DNA from: Lama guanicoe
Lineage: Eukaryota
DNA length: 64,000 nt
Assembly (NCBI GenBank): GCA_013239625.1
Contig: MU054400.1
Span: 417,146 to 481,145, forward strand
Reading direction: 5' to 3'
The position numbers and the translations under genes were made by a program. The notes beneath the pieces were generated by a model. It saw only the letters and a program-made list of their open reading frames with translations, was not told the DNA's origin and made no database searches. Shown piece after piece: positions 1 to 20,050 of this stretch; the stretch's first letter is position 1; every line of letters starts with the position of its first letter.

Positions 1-2392
1 CCAAGAGGTGATATTAAAATCACTTTTAGACGGGCAGCCCTAGAGCCCCAAGCATATTACGGGAACTTTCCTCACAGCCCCATGTCTGGGTGTCCAAGCA
101 CAGCCCCAGCGGGTCACTAGGGAGCTGCACTCACCCCCGCAGTCCAGCACGATGCCCTCATCCATCCAGGTGGAGCAGCAGCCAGCAGGCGAAGTCTTTG
201 TTGTCCAGATCTTGCCAGGCTCAGGTCCCTGTGACGAGCAAGCAGCTCCTGCTCTCTGAGACGGTCTCTCTGAGCCTTCCATGACTTCAAGCCCCAGGGG
301 TGTCCTCAGACCACCACGACCACCATCACTACCACCCTCCAACCAGCCCAACTAGTCCCCAGCACAAACTTCTCATGAGGGTGCCTCAAAGTCTCCAGTG
401 GGCTCCTGGGGAAGGGCCTGGGGCTTACCCTCCTCTATCCCTAGCCATCTGGAACCCAGGACTCCTTCCAGGGGTCACCATCTCTCTTCTCCACCTCCTA
501 TGGCTCAAGCCCCTATGGGCAGCCTCTGACACCCAAGGATGCCACAGAGCCCTAGGAGCGCTCTCACGATGAGGATCCCAGGGCGGCTCCTGCAGCTCCT
601 GCCCCCAACTCAGCACAGAGACCTGGCTCAACTCTCTCAGCCCAACTCCACAAGAAGAGAAGGGAGGTAAAAGGCGGGCAAGAGCTTCACAGGAGCTGGA
701 GCCACAGCCCCTGGCCCCTTCCCCCTCCCACCCACCTCTGCCCCCTCCTGGAGGGGTGCAGTCCACATCTGCCTGGTACTTTCTCCCAGGCAGGCCAGTG
801 TATTCCACTTCGCTGCTGTGGGGAAGGAATGTAAATTAAAACCCAAAGTGCCAAGCCCTGTGTCCAGCACTTTAGATACTTTATTTCACTTACTTCTTAC
901 AGTTTTAACCCTTGATTTTACCTCGAAGGAAACTGAGGCTCCAAAAAGCCAGCCAGAGCAGGGCGGATCCAAACAGATCCAGACATGCTGGGTCTCTGAT
1001 CTCCACCTTTCCACCTCCCCTCGCTCAATGACAGCAGACGTTTTACTGGAGTAAGTCATTTTTCAGCTGTACTTTCAGTTGGGAAGCACATACTTTTATG
1101 AAGAGGGCTGAGGGAAGAAGCAGGGTTATCCAAATAACATGTCCCAGCCTTCAGAGTCACTGCCTTCACCTTATGGTCATTCTCAGCTTGCCTTCCAACA
1201 TACTGTGATTGAAAGTCAAGGCTCAGTAACCAACTTAAAGGAGATGTTCTGTGTGGATACGGGAGGAGGTACCTGGACATGAGGGAAGAGCTCCAGCTTC
1301 TGATTTCCTATCCTCCACCCCCTACCCTGGTCTGAGAAAGAACCACCTTGAGTTGTAAATTCCTCAAGTAAAGTGAAACTAAGCCCACCTACCTTATGGC
1401 ATTGCTGCCAAGGTCAGTGACTGTCACAAAGGGAGCCTCGGTACTGTTTATTTAATGCCTCCCTCTATACCCAGCAGACCGTACTTCCTAGGCCCCAGCA
1501 GGAGGAAGAAAATCTCACCTTGAAGGAACCAGTTTCTAGATCTCATGGTAAACCCAGCATGAGAATTCCTTTTGTCCCCAGAGACCCCCCTGACCTCACT
1601 GCTCACCCACACACCTAACACTCCCTATGCCCATCTCCCTTTCACAAACGAGTTCCCATCTCTTTTCTCAAAGAGGGGACACCACTCTGGTGTTCCTCCC
1701 ACCACCAGGAACTGGAAAACAAGATCTGCCTTTACAGAAAGAACACTATGCTCAGCAGGTCAGCCTGGCAAACTGGAGTTCCAAAAAGATGAAAAGATTC
1801 CTGGAGGGTTTTGCAGTGTTTTGGTGAGTGCCTCTGGGCAGATCACACACCATGACAACTTCTTTCCAAATTGTGACAATTCAATCATGTCTTCTACAAA
1901 GGACTGACTTTTTACAACTAACATCAGTGGTAGCTGCCCTTGCTCAATTTCCCCCAAATCTTGAAGTAAGTTTGGGATTGTGTTATGTAGAAAAATGCAT
2001 GGTTTTCTGAACACTGCTTCCATTCTGTGGCACCTGTGAACCGGCAGCCAGGCACAAGCAGGAGGTGGGCAGGCCCCTGCTGATGGTTATGCTGGAGCTG
2101 GAAATGCTTTTTGCACACTGAGCCCAAAGAAGGCAGAAGCTTCCATAAACCCATCCCCACCAGCTGTCAGAGGCAGAAAAACAAACAGCTGAAGGAGGAG
2201 TGGATGTCTCACACTCTAGTCTCCCTAATTTACATGACTTTCTGGTAGCAATTGCATTGTTTTCCCTTGAAATTCTTCTCTCTAATCATAGTTTCTCATT
2301 ATCAGGGAAGTGGGACAGCAGGAGGGGAAGAAAGAGATGCTTACTTCATACTAAAAATTTTCCCATCAGGCACTGCTTTAAATCCTTTAACT

Positions 2393-2601
2393 AATCCTTT
2401 AAATAATTCATATGCAAAAAAAAAAAAAGATCTAGACACAGACCTTACTCTTGTCACAAAAATGAATCAAAATGGATCATAGATCTAAATGTGAGATACA
2501 AAACTATACAACTCCAAGAGGATAACATGGGAGAAAATCTAGGCAACAATGAGTTTGGGTGGGGCAGGGGCAAGGGATGAGTTGTACTACATTAAAATTA
2601 A
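2393..2601 (+). mobile_element. Internal LINE-1 ORF2 fragment
   Basis: tcaaaatggatcatagatctaaatgtga...ggagaaaatct is typical L1 ORF2; flanked by direct repeat AAATCCTTTAACT. Confidence 0.75.
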
Positions 2602-3801
2602 AAATCCTTTAACTGAGGACAAATTTTTTTGTTGTACAAATAGAACTGAAATGCAAGTTCCTATCTGAAAGAGATAACACTGAAATTTAAATTCATACCA
2701 AAGTATAAAAGACTAACGGCAGATCCTTGCCTAGGTCACATGGTTTTGGTTTCATTGTTGTGATGCAAGTAAGGAGAAAGGAGATGAGAGCACTCAAGTA
2801 TAACTACTCATTTACAAGAAAAGAGGAAGAAAAAACATGTGTGACATGTACAAGGAATAGAGCCTTATCCTAGGGATAAACACACCACTTCCATTTAGCA
2901 TCTTGAACGTATGCATTCTCTGATGGACATGAGGAAACCCCATGGTCCAGGTCTTAAAATCAGATTAAGTATTTCCTTGTTAACAACAGCCAAGGTAGTC
3001 TCCATAAATCTCAGGTCCAAACCAGCAATCAATTCATAGTAATAAATATTCTCATGATTTTAAAGGTTCAATTATTAATAAAAAAAGATATTTTAATACT
3101 AAAGTATATAAACTCAGTATGTGACTCAATTTAGAAAAAATAATAAAAAAAGAAATAAAGGCAAAAACAAAAGGATTATAAATCCATGAAAGTAACTAAC
3201 AAATGCAAGAACTACTTTTCCAAAAATTAACACTTTATAAGTATTCAGCAAACATAATCAAGAAAAAAGAAGAAACACAAAATGCAAGATATGAGAAATG
3301 GAGCAGAAACAACAGAAATCAAAATTTCCCCCCAAAAAAGATGATGTGTATAATCTTTTTTGCATCTCTCAAAAATGATTAAAGGGGATTCAGGTCACAT
3401 CAGGGAGAGTAACCTTCTCCAAAATCTCCTCCCTCCTCTCCAGACCCCTTGACCACTTGAAAGCTCCCACTTCCCAGATGTTTCAAAGTCTTCACCAAAT
3501 GTTCACTTCCTGTATCTTCTTTCTCCTCTCTTTCTCCCTTTTCATTATGTAAATTGGGTTAGCTTCTCTGACTTCTTTTTATTGCCTCTTCACTTCTCAC
3601 CTTACTTAAATTCTCTAACACAAAGGATATCCAAAGCCAAAATCCTGACCCTTCTCCTCCTGATTTTCAGGTCCCATTTGCTCCTCCTCTTCTCCTGATA
3701 TTTTATGTCTGAAGTCTGGGTTTCAGGCCACAAAGCACTCACACATGAGCTAATCTATAAACCTTATCTCCCATCCCCACCTCATCAAAAATGTTTCCTG
3801 G

Positions 3802-3986
3802 TAAACAAGTTTATACTGCATAACACAGGGAACTATATTCAATAAAATCCTGTAATAACCTATAATGAAAAAGAATATGAAAACAAGTATGTGAATGTAT
3901 ATGTATGACTGAAACATTATGCTGTACACCAGAAACTGACACAACACTGTAAACCAACTATACTTCAATCAAAAAAAAAAGTTTTA
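3802..3986 (+). mobile_element. Short LINE-1 3' end with target-site duplication
   Basis: L1 3' UTR motifs (cacagggaactatattcaa...gctgtacaccagaaac) and a poly(A) tail; 15-bp TSD AAAAATGTTTCCTGG at 3787-3801 and 3987-4001. Confidence 0.9.
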
Positions 3987-5831
3987 AAAAATGTTTCCTG
4001 GAGTTCAAGTCAACGCTTGAGAGACTAGCCCTCGGAAACCAAGAGGGTTGATTCCCAGAACTCAAGGATGGTTCAATACTTGCAAACTTAATATAAGATG
4101 CCATATCAACATAACACACAAGAGAAATCATGGAACTTCAATGGCTGCTGAAAGACATTTGTAAATACAAACAGGAAGTTGCTATGGACAACAGTTTTGA
4201 ACAAAATGCAGTTGATATCTCTGTGAAAGAGCGTGATCAAGATTGGGGGCAGAGAAAATCTACTTTTCTAGATCTAGTGGTAGGGAAATCAGATCCAGGA
4301 CATGAATCACCTTCATTTGTGTCATCCTCAGGCCCAAGGGAACCTGTTCAAGGCCTGGAATTTAGCCTTGCAGGGTGTCTTTCTCCTCTACAGCGGGCTG
4401 GAGAACTGATGTGACTTGTTAAAACTATTAGCCATTTTTGGCTTTACTGGCTATTAAGTATAAATAACTGAATGTTGATTTCATTCCCTTGTAACATTAC
4501 TTCTTTTTAAATAAAATTTTTTTCTCACATTCTCAAATACATACTTACTGCAGCTAATTAGAAATATGCACAACATAATAAAATTTAAGTTACCCAACTT
4601 CTTACTATCCAAAGACTACAAATTAACATTTTAGTATATTTTCTCCCAGCATGAGTTTGGGAATATAAGCACTCTTGATGTTTAATAAAGACATAACTTT
4701 GTCACTGGTGTTAAAAACAACTACTTCAGTGTCCCAGACAACTCAGTGGGACACACAGAGGCTACTAGATTAAAGAATTTTAACACCTTCTCAAGGCAAG
4801 AGATTATACATTTGTCTGCCTCCAAGACACAGGGGCATTAGATGTTCTCGCACTGGTAGCAGGGTGAATTTCTATATGTGGTCCGGAGAAATGCTCTACC
4901 AGATGTTTCAAAATAATCAGGGTCTAAGGGATATACACACACATGAGCGTATACCAGCTAAGAACATCTGCCCTAGGAAATCCATAGATGATTCATCTGT
5001 ATGGAAACGTATATATGGGAAGAGGGTCCACAGCTCTCACCAAATTCTCAGAATCTGTGACTCCTTCAAAACATCAGCAGCACTGGTTTGTAAAGTTCTT
5101 TTCAGCTCTAATATCCTGTAATACTTGAGGTTGAGGTGCTTGTTCTGCCTGCTTAGATGACAGAAGCACTGAAACAGCTGGAGGACAGAGGTGAAGCTGG
5201 GTTCTTTTATCGGTAAGAGGCTTTGGGGGAAGCTGGCCCATGAAAAATGCACACACAGCCCTTTATCTTCTCTGTGGATCATTTATCTCGCTTTGACGGT
5301 GCTTCCTCTAATACTGAGCCAACAGAGAAATAACAATTATGTCAATGTAAAAATTATGCCACTTTTCAAAGACATACCCAGGAGAAGCAGTTCCTAGTGC
5401 TACTTCTAGGTCTGCCTGTGACTGGAACAAAAGTTACTAAGCTTGGGGTCACCTTAAGAAATGGGAGGGAATGAGCCAGCTAGCATATTTCCAATGCCTA
5501 CCATACACTTGATATGTCCAAGACCCTCACCTTCTTAGTGCCAGAATCAGACCTCAACCCTGGCACTAGCCAATTTTAGAGTCTATTTAACCTCCAGATC
5601 AAATGGCCTCCCCTATCAATCGTGTATGTTTTGTATTCTTATCTACACCCTGGCTTTCTGTCAAACTTCTATCCTAATTAGGAGATCAGTTAAACATACA
5701 TAGGGCCTTATTTTAAAAACCCTTCTATTTTATTTTAAAACACTGATCCTGAAACATAGAAGAATTACATAAAACTTCTTCCCCAAAAAAGCTCTGGAAT
5801 AAAGGATAAATTAAGAATTTAATGTTCAAAG

Positions 5832-5849
5832 GCTGCCATCTGGTGGCCA
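5832..5849 (-). promoter_or_regulatory. CTCF-binding motif
   Basis: TGGCCACCAGATGGCAGC on the minus strand, a near-perfect CTCF core consensus. Confidence 0.65.
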
Positions 5850-8800
5850 AAGATAGCAATCCCTCTAAAAATAGAGCCTTCATAGGAAAGGTAAGGAAAA
5901 CCTCAGCAGCCCTAATCACCCTGTTTGTTAGCAGATTGATAACCTGGAGCATCATGTGGGAAAATATTAACATGTTTATGTTCCACTAATTCTGATACAT
6001 GAGAGATGTATGCTCATAGACAACAGCAGCAGGACATTTATCACAATGTTTCCAAAAGCCAGATGCAGCCGCACCAGACCACACATTTGACACGTAAATC
6101 CCGCTGCAAGAAAGAGTTGTTTCCTATAAAGCTTTCAAGGTATGACACAAGGTTTCACTCATTCAACAAAGTTTTATTGGGATCCTATTACATTCTAGGT
6201 ACACTAAATTTTACTGGGCACATGATGGAGAATCAAAGAAACAGCTTCCGTCCTAGAGAACCTCATGGTCTGGTGAGAAGCAGGGTCCCCACCCTGTAAG
6301 GCTGCACATGTGAGCCTCAGCCTCAGGGGTGAGTGTGGGTAAAAGCTTCTGCCTGAAAAAGGTGCCTTTCCTCATTCATATGAGACATATATTAATAGCT
6401 TCTTAGGTGGGGTATTCAGACAGGTGTGCCTATTGGGGCCTCTCTACAAAATCTTAGGTCTCTTCTCTAATGCCTGACAAGCTAGAGGGATCCCATTTTA
6501 GTATTTGACCTACTTCCTCCCCTTGTTCTGTCATGAACATTTTCCTCTTTATGGGTTCTTAAAAGCAAAAGTAATTGTTTTCCAATCCCCAGTCACTGGA
6601 CAATTCTCTAGGTATTCACAACCTTGAGAATACTTGTGACAGCAGAAATACTATCAGTAGTAGATAAGAAACTAGCTCTCATCTGGCTTCTCAGGCAACT
6701 CCCAAAGCCCCTTCCTCTGCCCTGGCCCTGGCCTCCTACCCCAGAATGCAGCCAACGAAAGAGCAGCAGAGGCTGGTGATCTCCTAGTGAGCCAGGACAT
6801 GGAGCTGTCTCAGGACCCTGGCAACTCCAGCCAGCATGATAGGAGTACATCCTACAGCTTCTGGAGAAGTTTCTGCAAAAGGTCCTTGCATAGTAACTAT
6901 TCAGTTTGAATATGATAGTTTTTCCTCCAATCAAGGCAAACAGTACAGGTCTGGGGCGGGAGCTGTGGGTTGTGTCAACTTTCAACTTGTAGCTGCCAGA
7001 AACCCATGACTGTTTGCCTCCTTTTTAGGCTCAGATCCCAACAACATCAGGGTGGGGTCAAGAGAGCTTCCAGTGGTTGGGATGATCCATATGGTCCATG
7101 TGAGTGCTAAATATCTACTATTTTGCAAATTGCTCTTCCATGTTCCAAGTAATTCTAGTGAGGCCATCAGTCCTGTGATCCTCCTCCCCTCACACCTCAA
7201 GATGGTCCTGTTGCTCACGATGGCCAGAGTATGTCATCCTCCTAAGAAACACAGTGACTAGTCCAGAGATGAGTATGTGACCTAAGCAGAAAGAGTCAGA
7301 GCCCTTTCTACACTTTGGCAGCAATGTCAAGGAAAAGGATTGCCCTTTCTCTGAGGCATGTGGCTATTTTTGTCCTCCCCACCCCCATCCCTGGAGCGAG
7401 TCAACACAGGAAAGCAGAACTAAGAGATGGAAAGGAAATGCTCTAATGATGTCATTTAAATCCCTAGATTCGGCTATGCCTTTTGCTCTCCACATGGGTC
7501 CACAATCAGCATTAAGTGGGGCAGATGAAGACATCTTTAAAAACTTACTTTACAGGTGAAGGCATGGATGTAAAGAATCTTTTGTGTTCTAGAACACTCA
7601 TCTGCCAATTTTGGTCTTAGGAAAAAAAAGGAGACCCTGGGGACTGAACAATAGAATCTAACCAACTGGAGTCTGAAGACTCGAATCTTACAAATAAGAT
7701 GTCAGTACCTTGCAAGCAACTGGGAAGAGTTAAGAAGATGACTTCAGTACAAGAAAAGATCTGGTTTAAATTGCTAAATGAGCCCCTTAAACCTCCAAGT
7801 CCCAGCTGCCTCCTAAAAAAATGACAAAGTTGAAATAGATGGTCTCAAAATAAACTTGCAAAATGGAACAAGCAAAAGGAATTGGGAAGAAAGTGGCCCA
7901 GAATCCTAGAACTCCTTTCCCACTGCCCCATGTCCAGGCTGTTTCCTTCCCTGAGGTTGAGGTAGAAAGCAGCTGCCAAAAGGGTGACTCTCACGCATTT
8001 GAGGATGTCACTGATTGATGAGTCATTTGACAATCGCTTACATAATACTCACCTACCAGCCCCTCTCTGAGTCAGCCTCTAAAACCCAAAGTTCATTCCT
8101 TAGTGGTAGTTTGTTTGCTTAAAAAAAAAAAGTTAACAGATTAAGATATAAATACTAAATTACTCCATTTCAGAGTCTGCCTAATGGACTTTGAGAGTCT
8201 TTCCCTCCAGCCCTGACTTAAGATCTGCTGAAGGTCTGTTCTTCACGCCCTCATATAAGGCACTCACTTGCTCAGTTTCCAGTTGCAGTTCAGCTCTGAC
8301 GGTCACATCTACCTATGTTCTCTTACAGCAACAGAAGAACTCAGTTATAAAAGTGCCTTCTTGACAAGAGTTTAAAGTATCCATCCATATTCAACTGCTT
8401 TATTTTGATAAAACTGCTGCCTTGCCTGGCTATGACGGAGCCAAGATAAAAGAAGATAGTGGAGAAAATTTCTCCCTAATGGAGAAAATATTACGATCTG
8501 GCATCATAAATGTGACTTACATGTTTTTTGTCAATTTTTTTCATGCCAGTTTGCCATGTACTTTGAGAAGACTCCACTAACTTTTAATGCAATGATAAAT
8601 GATAAAATTCCTATATAACATAGGCAAAGAAAGTAATTTTTTTTCTAGTATTGTCAGTAATAGCCCACCTAGGGGAGGGGGTGGCATGGGGTCCATATAC
8701 CTCAATATTTCACATCCTTTTTCTGGCCCCTCCAAGTCATTATTTACACCTGTTCTAAAAGAGCTATTATTATTCAAGCTCACTGAGTAGCCTGGCTAAA

Positions 8801-10356
8801 CAAAGAATTTAGAGGTGGTTACCTCACTTCCAAATTTTCCTTCATTATATCTCACATACTATACTGTCTGTGATAGTCTCTTTGGTTGTAGTTTCTTATC
8901 AAGTATCCTCATCCTGATTTTAACACTGATATATTGAACTGTATAACATTGATTAGGTGGAAAATTAAATTGAATGCTTTTGCAATATCTTTTTTTTTTT
9001 AAGTTCACTGAGCACATAATCTGAAGTTTAGTTAACTGTTCTGTAATTCTCAAGTGCACTGGCTGGGGCCTCTAAAATCTCTGCATTAGTTTGGCGGTAC
9101 AAGCTGCTACAAGCTGTACTGGGTCTTCAGTACAGTTTGTAACATTAACAGACTGTACACAAGAAATACTGCCACTCCCACTGTCTTGCGATACGGTCAT
9201 GATGCAGCTGATCTATTTGTGCAGATGATCAGTACTGTTTCCCCCTACACATTCATTCTGATAAAGCATATTTAATGCCTTTTAGATAGCTTATGATGAG
9301 TCTGTCAGCCAAGGTTCCCAAACCCCTCAGATCAGAGGATTTCCCCGTTTCCCAAGACTCCTGCCTGAGTGTGGAGGCTAAACTGGAGCCAGCAGTTCCC
9401 GGGCCCAAATTCCATCTCCAGCCAGAGGCCCCCAGGTTGTGAGTGTACCAAAGGACTGAGGGAGGAGCACTGAGACCAAAGGAGAGCATCCGAGAAACAC
9501 CCTGGAAGTGGTCTCGCCCCTCGTCCTCCATGGTGATCCCAGACACCTCCTGACATCCCAGAAGCATGCTGATGACCCTTTTCTCCAGAGCAGAGGTTCC
9601 TAAGGTGCATCCACAGACCCGTACAGAGTCTATGAAAGCAATTTAGGGACTTTATAAACTCCCTATTAATGTATATAAAATGTGTATATATACCTTATTC
9701 TGGGGAGTAGGCTTCATGGCTTTCATCATATTTTCTGTAATCTAGTCTACAGAAGAGATCTGATGAAGTCTTCAAGTTGGGGTTACTGGGACAGAGAGAG
9801 ACAGGCCAACTCTGTCACAAATGAGCCCTGAAGCTCTGATATCTAGCCACATCCAATGAGTATGATAAACTGCCAGATGCCACATTCCAGGAAGTGTCCC
9901 TGAACCCACAGAGACTCTTAATGACCATCCCAAGTATAGTCTGGTCTGTGGAGGGACTTTTAGTACCTGGATATCAGAGACAAACCCAGAAAATGGAAAA
10001 CAAATATGCTCTGAGCCTAAGGCAGGGGATGCATTCTTTAGGGTCCCAAGCCAAGCCTCTGGATGAGAAGAGAGGATGGGAGCCACTGAAGAGCAGTCAT
10101 CAGCTCAACTGGCTCCTAAGAGCCTGGGGACAGAAGCAGTCCTTCCAACCCCTGCAGAAAGGGAAGGATGATCACTACAGTCAGTCACCCTCCCTCATCT
10201 AATGCCCAAGGTCTTCCTGGATCCTGAAATAACACTGACCCTGCAGAGGGAAGGAAAGCCCACAATTGGCCTAGAAAGCCAACCAGAAAACGAAGTATGA
10301 GTCCTAATCTAGCAGATTCAGAAATATCATGTGCTTTGAAGCTAAGGGCTCATTTA

Positions 10357-10540
10357 CACTGTGGTTCTCAAACTTTAGTATGAATAAAGATCACCCTGAA
10401 TGTTTGCTATATAATGCAGACTGCTAGGCACAGGGGATTGTGATTCAATAGTTCTGGGTAGAACTTAGGTATTTACATCTTTTAAAAGGAAATTAGTAAT
10501 TCTGATCCCTGGAGTCCATGTAGTATACCTTTAGAAACAG
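10357..10540. mobile_element. MER5-like hAT element (similar copies near 29170-29350 and 58265-58395)
   Basis: gtggttctcaaactttag...aatgcagactgctagg...tgattcaatagttctggg. Confidence 0.6.
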
Positions 10541-11523
10541 AGTTTCTAGGGATTCCAAGGCACCAGATGTGGAAACGTGGATACATCAAGCGAACCTTCC
10601 TTCCCAATCCCCACCACTGCCCCCACCAAAATAAAAGTAGGGACTTCTAGTTACCACTTATTGAGCCCTTCTCTGTGCCAGGTACTATGCTAAATCTTTT
10701 ACACGGATTATTTTATTTAACACTTATAACCCTGAAGTTCAGAAAGTATAAGTAACTTGCCTAAGATTCCTCAGATCTGAGTACCACAGACAGGACTGGG
10801 ATCCAAGTCTGAATCCAGAGTCTGTTCTTAACCAACAATCCCATGATTTTGAAAAGAGTTACAATGCCTAATACCTGATGACACCTGAAGCCACATCCCC
10901 TCCACAGCTGGGCTGAAGGAGAACCCCATGGGCCACGGCATTACTTGCTTACTGCAAGCACTGCAGAAGAGGAAGCAGCCAATTGGGCAGGCTCAAAGGT
11001 CCAGGGTTGAGCCAGACAGAAGGAACTATGGATAAGCTGGGCTGACAAGGTAAGGACTACATTCCTGTAATGCAGAAGGAACAGCAGACAGAGATTAAAA
11101 ACAAAAGAAGTTGGACAAAAGGGGCTTTAAAGGAATTGACCAGCCTCAGAGAAATCAACGAAAACCGTGGAAAATTTGGACAACACAGGGCCACGGCCCC
11201 TGCAGGTCTATGACCCCTGATAGTACTGCATTTTACTATTCGGCTGAGAGGGAAAATAATGAGTTCAGTGCACCAGAACCAAGACCAACTTTGGAGCGCA
11301 GGACCTCTTATAGGTTCTTAGATCTTCATCTTTTAAAGGGGTCTAACAATAGTGCTTACCCCACAGAGTTACATACAGTGAGAAGTAAATGAGACCATCT
11401 GAATAAAGTACTTAGCATAATACCAGAACACAAGAGTTAAACAAGTGTTAGCTGCTATAAGCATTAATTACTACTAATCATGACTATACCCATGCTCACC
11501 AAAAAAACCACTATGGCATCTTG

Positions 11524-11529
11524 TTTATT
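11524..11529 (-). terminator. Candidate APTX polyadenylation signal AATAAA (alternatives at 11755-11760 and 11905-11910)
   Basis: TTTATT on the + strand about 0.75-1.15 kb downstream of the APTX stop; which one is used cannot be told from sequence. Confidence 0.45.
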
Positions 11530-12669
11530 TGTGAAAGACACTGAGATCAAATGTGGTCTCTGTGGATTGAAGTTTTCTCTCTTCAGAGAGAAGATACAGT
11601 TAAGGATGTTCTTTTTTTTTTTTTTAACTCAAGAGCAAAGAAAGTCACATCCCCAAACAGATCAACAATTGATCAAAACAGTGTTTTAGATCTCCCTTAG
11701 CCTTTAGTTCTGATGTTATCCAAAAACCAGCTTAATCCAACTGTTCCATCCAAGTTTATTCTGAGGGAAAAGTGAAGTGATGGGGTTCTCTGCAACTTTT
11801 TCATTCAACAGCTACTTTTTGTGCATCGGAGCTGACTTTGTGACTATTAGCTGAACTCCTGATAGTTTTCAATTACCTAAGGGAGATGCCCCAAACAAAT
11901 GAACTTTATTTTCAGACAACAGATTCAGGCCACCAAGAAGAACTGACAGCTAAACCACAATGAACATGTGGCTGAGTATTTCTTTACCAGCCAGGAACTC
12001 CTGGTATAAGAAGAAAACTCCATCCCTCCACCCCCTCACCTAGCCTGTTTGCTCAGAGTGAAGGAGAACTGACGAGGCAGACTTCTTGAAAAGGGAGGAT
12101 TTGGATGGTTTTGGATAGAAAGGAATGAAGAGACAGAAGAACCTAAGTCTTCCTATGAAGGAGGGGAAGAGATAGACTATTACCGACCAGATTAAAATCA
12201 GAGAACAAGACCAATCAGTGCCTTCAGGATAAACAAGAGAACACTCTGGCTGCTCTGATGAAAAGGTACCAGCTATCTCCAGGGAGGGAGGATAAATGTA
12301 AGGAACAGAAATAAATAAGCAGCCATCTGCTTCCATATCCTGCATTTGATCTGAACGTGATTTTGCTCCCATTAGTCAGAAGTGACGTGGCTCCCGGCGA
12401 TGGTGGATCCAGCCTGTCCCAGGCACCCTCACCAGAGAACATATCCATGAGAAACCCAAATTCCTAATTTCTAAACTATTTCCAGTCACCCCCACATTGT
12501 GCCCACTCAGGAACAGAACAAGCTTTGTAGAGATATTTTCTAAAAATTTAAAAACTGCATGTTTTAATTCAAGAAATAAAAGTTCACACACAATCTGGAA
12601 CAGATATCAGGAATTTGCTCTTAAACAATCAGCCACACCTGCTGCAGAAGTTCAGGCTCCGCAGAATCA

Positions 12670-20050
<7,381 letters not shown>

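Noticed and set aside
300..572. His-rich ORF (SSDHHDHHHYHPP)
   Set aside because: It arises from a short CAC/CAT low-complexity tract, starts at GTG and has no splice or homology support.
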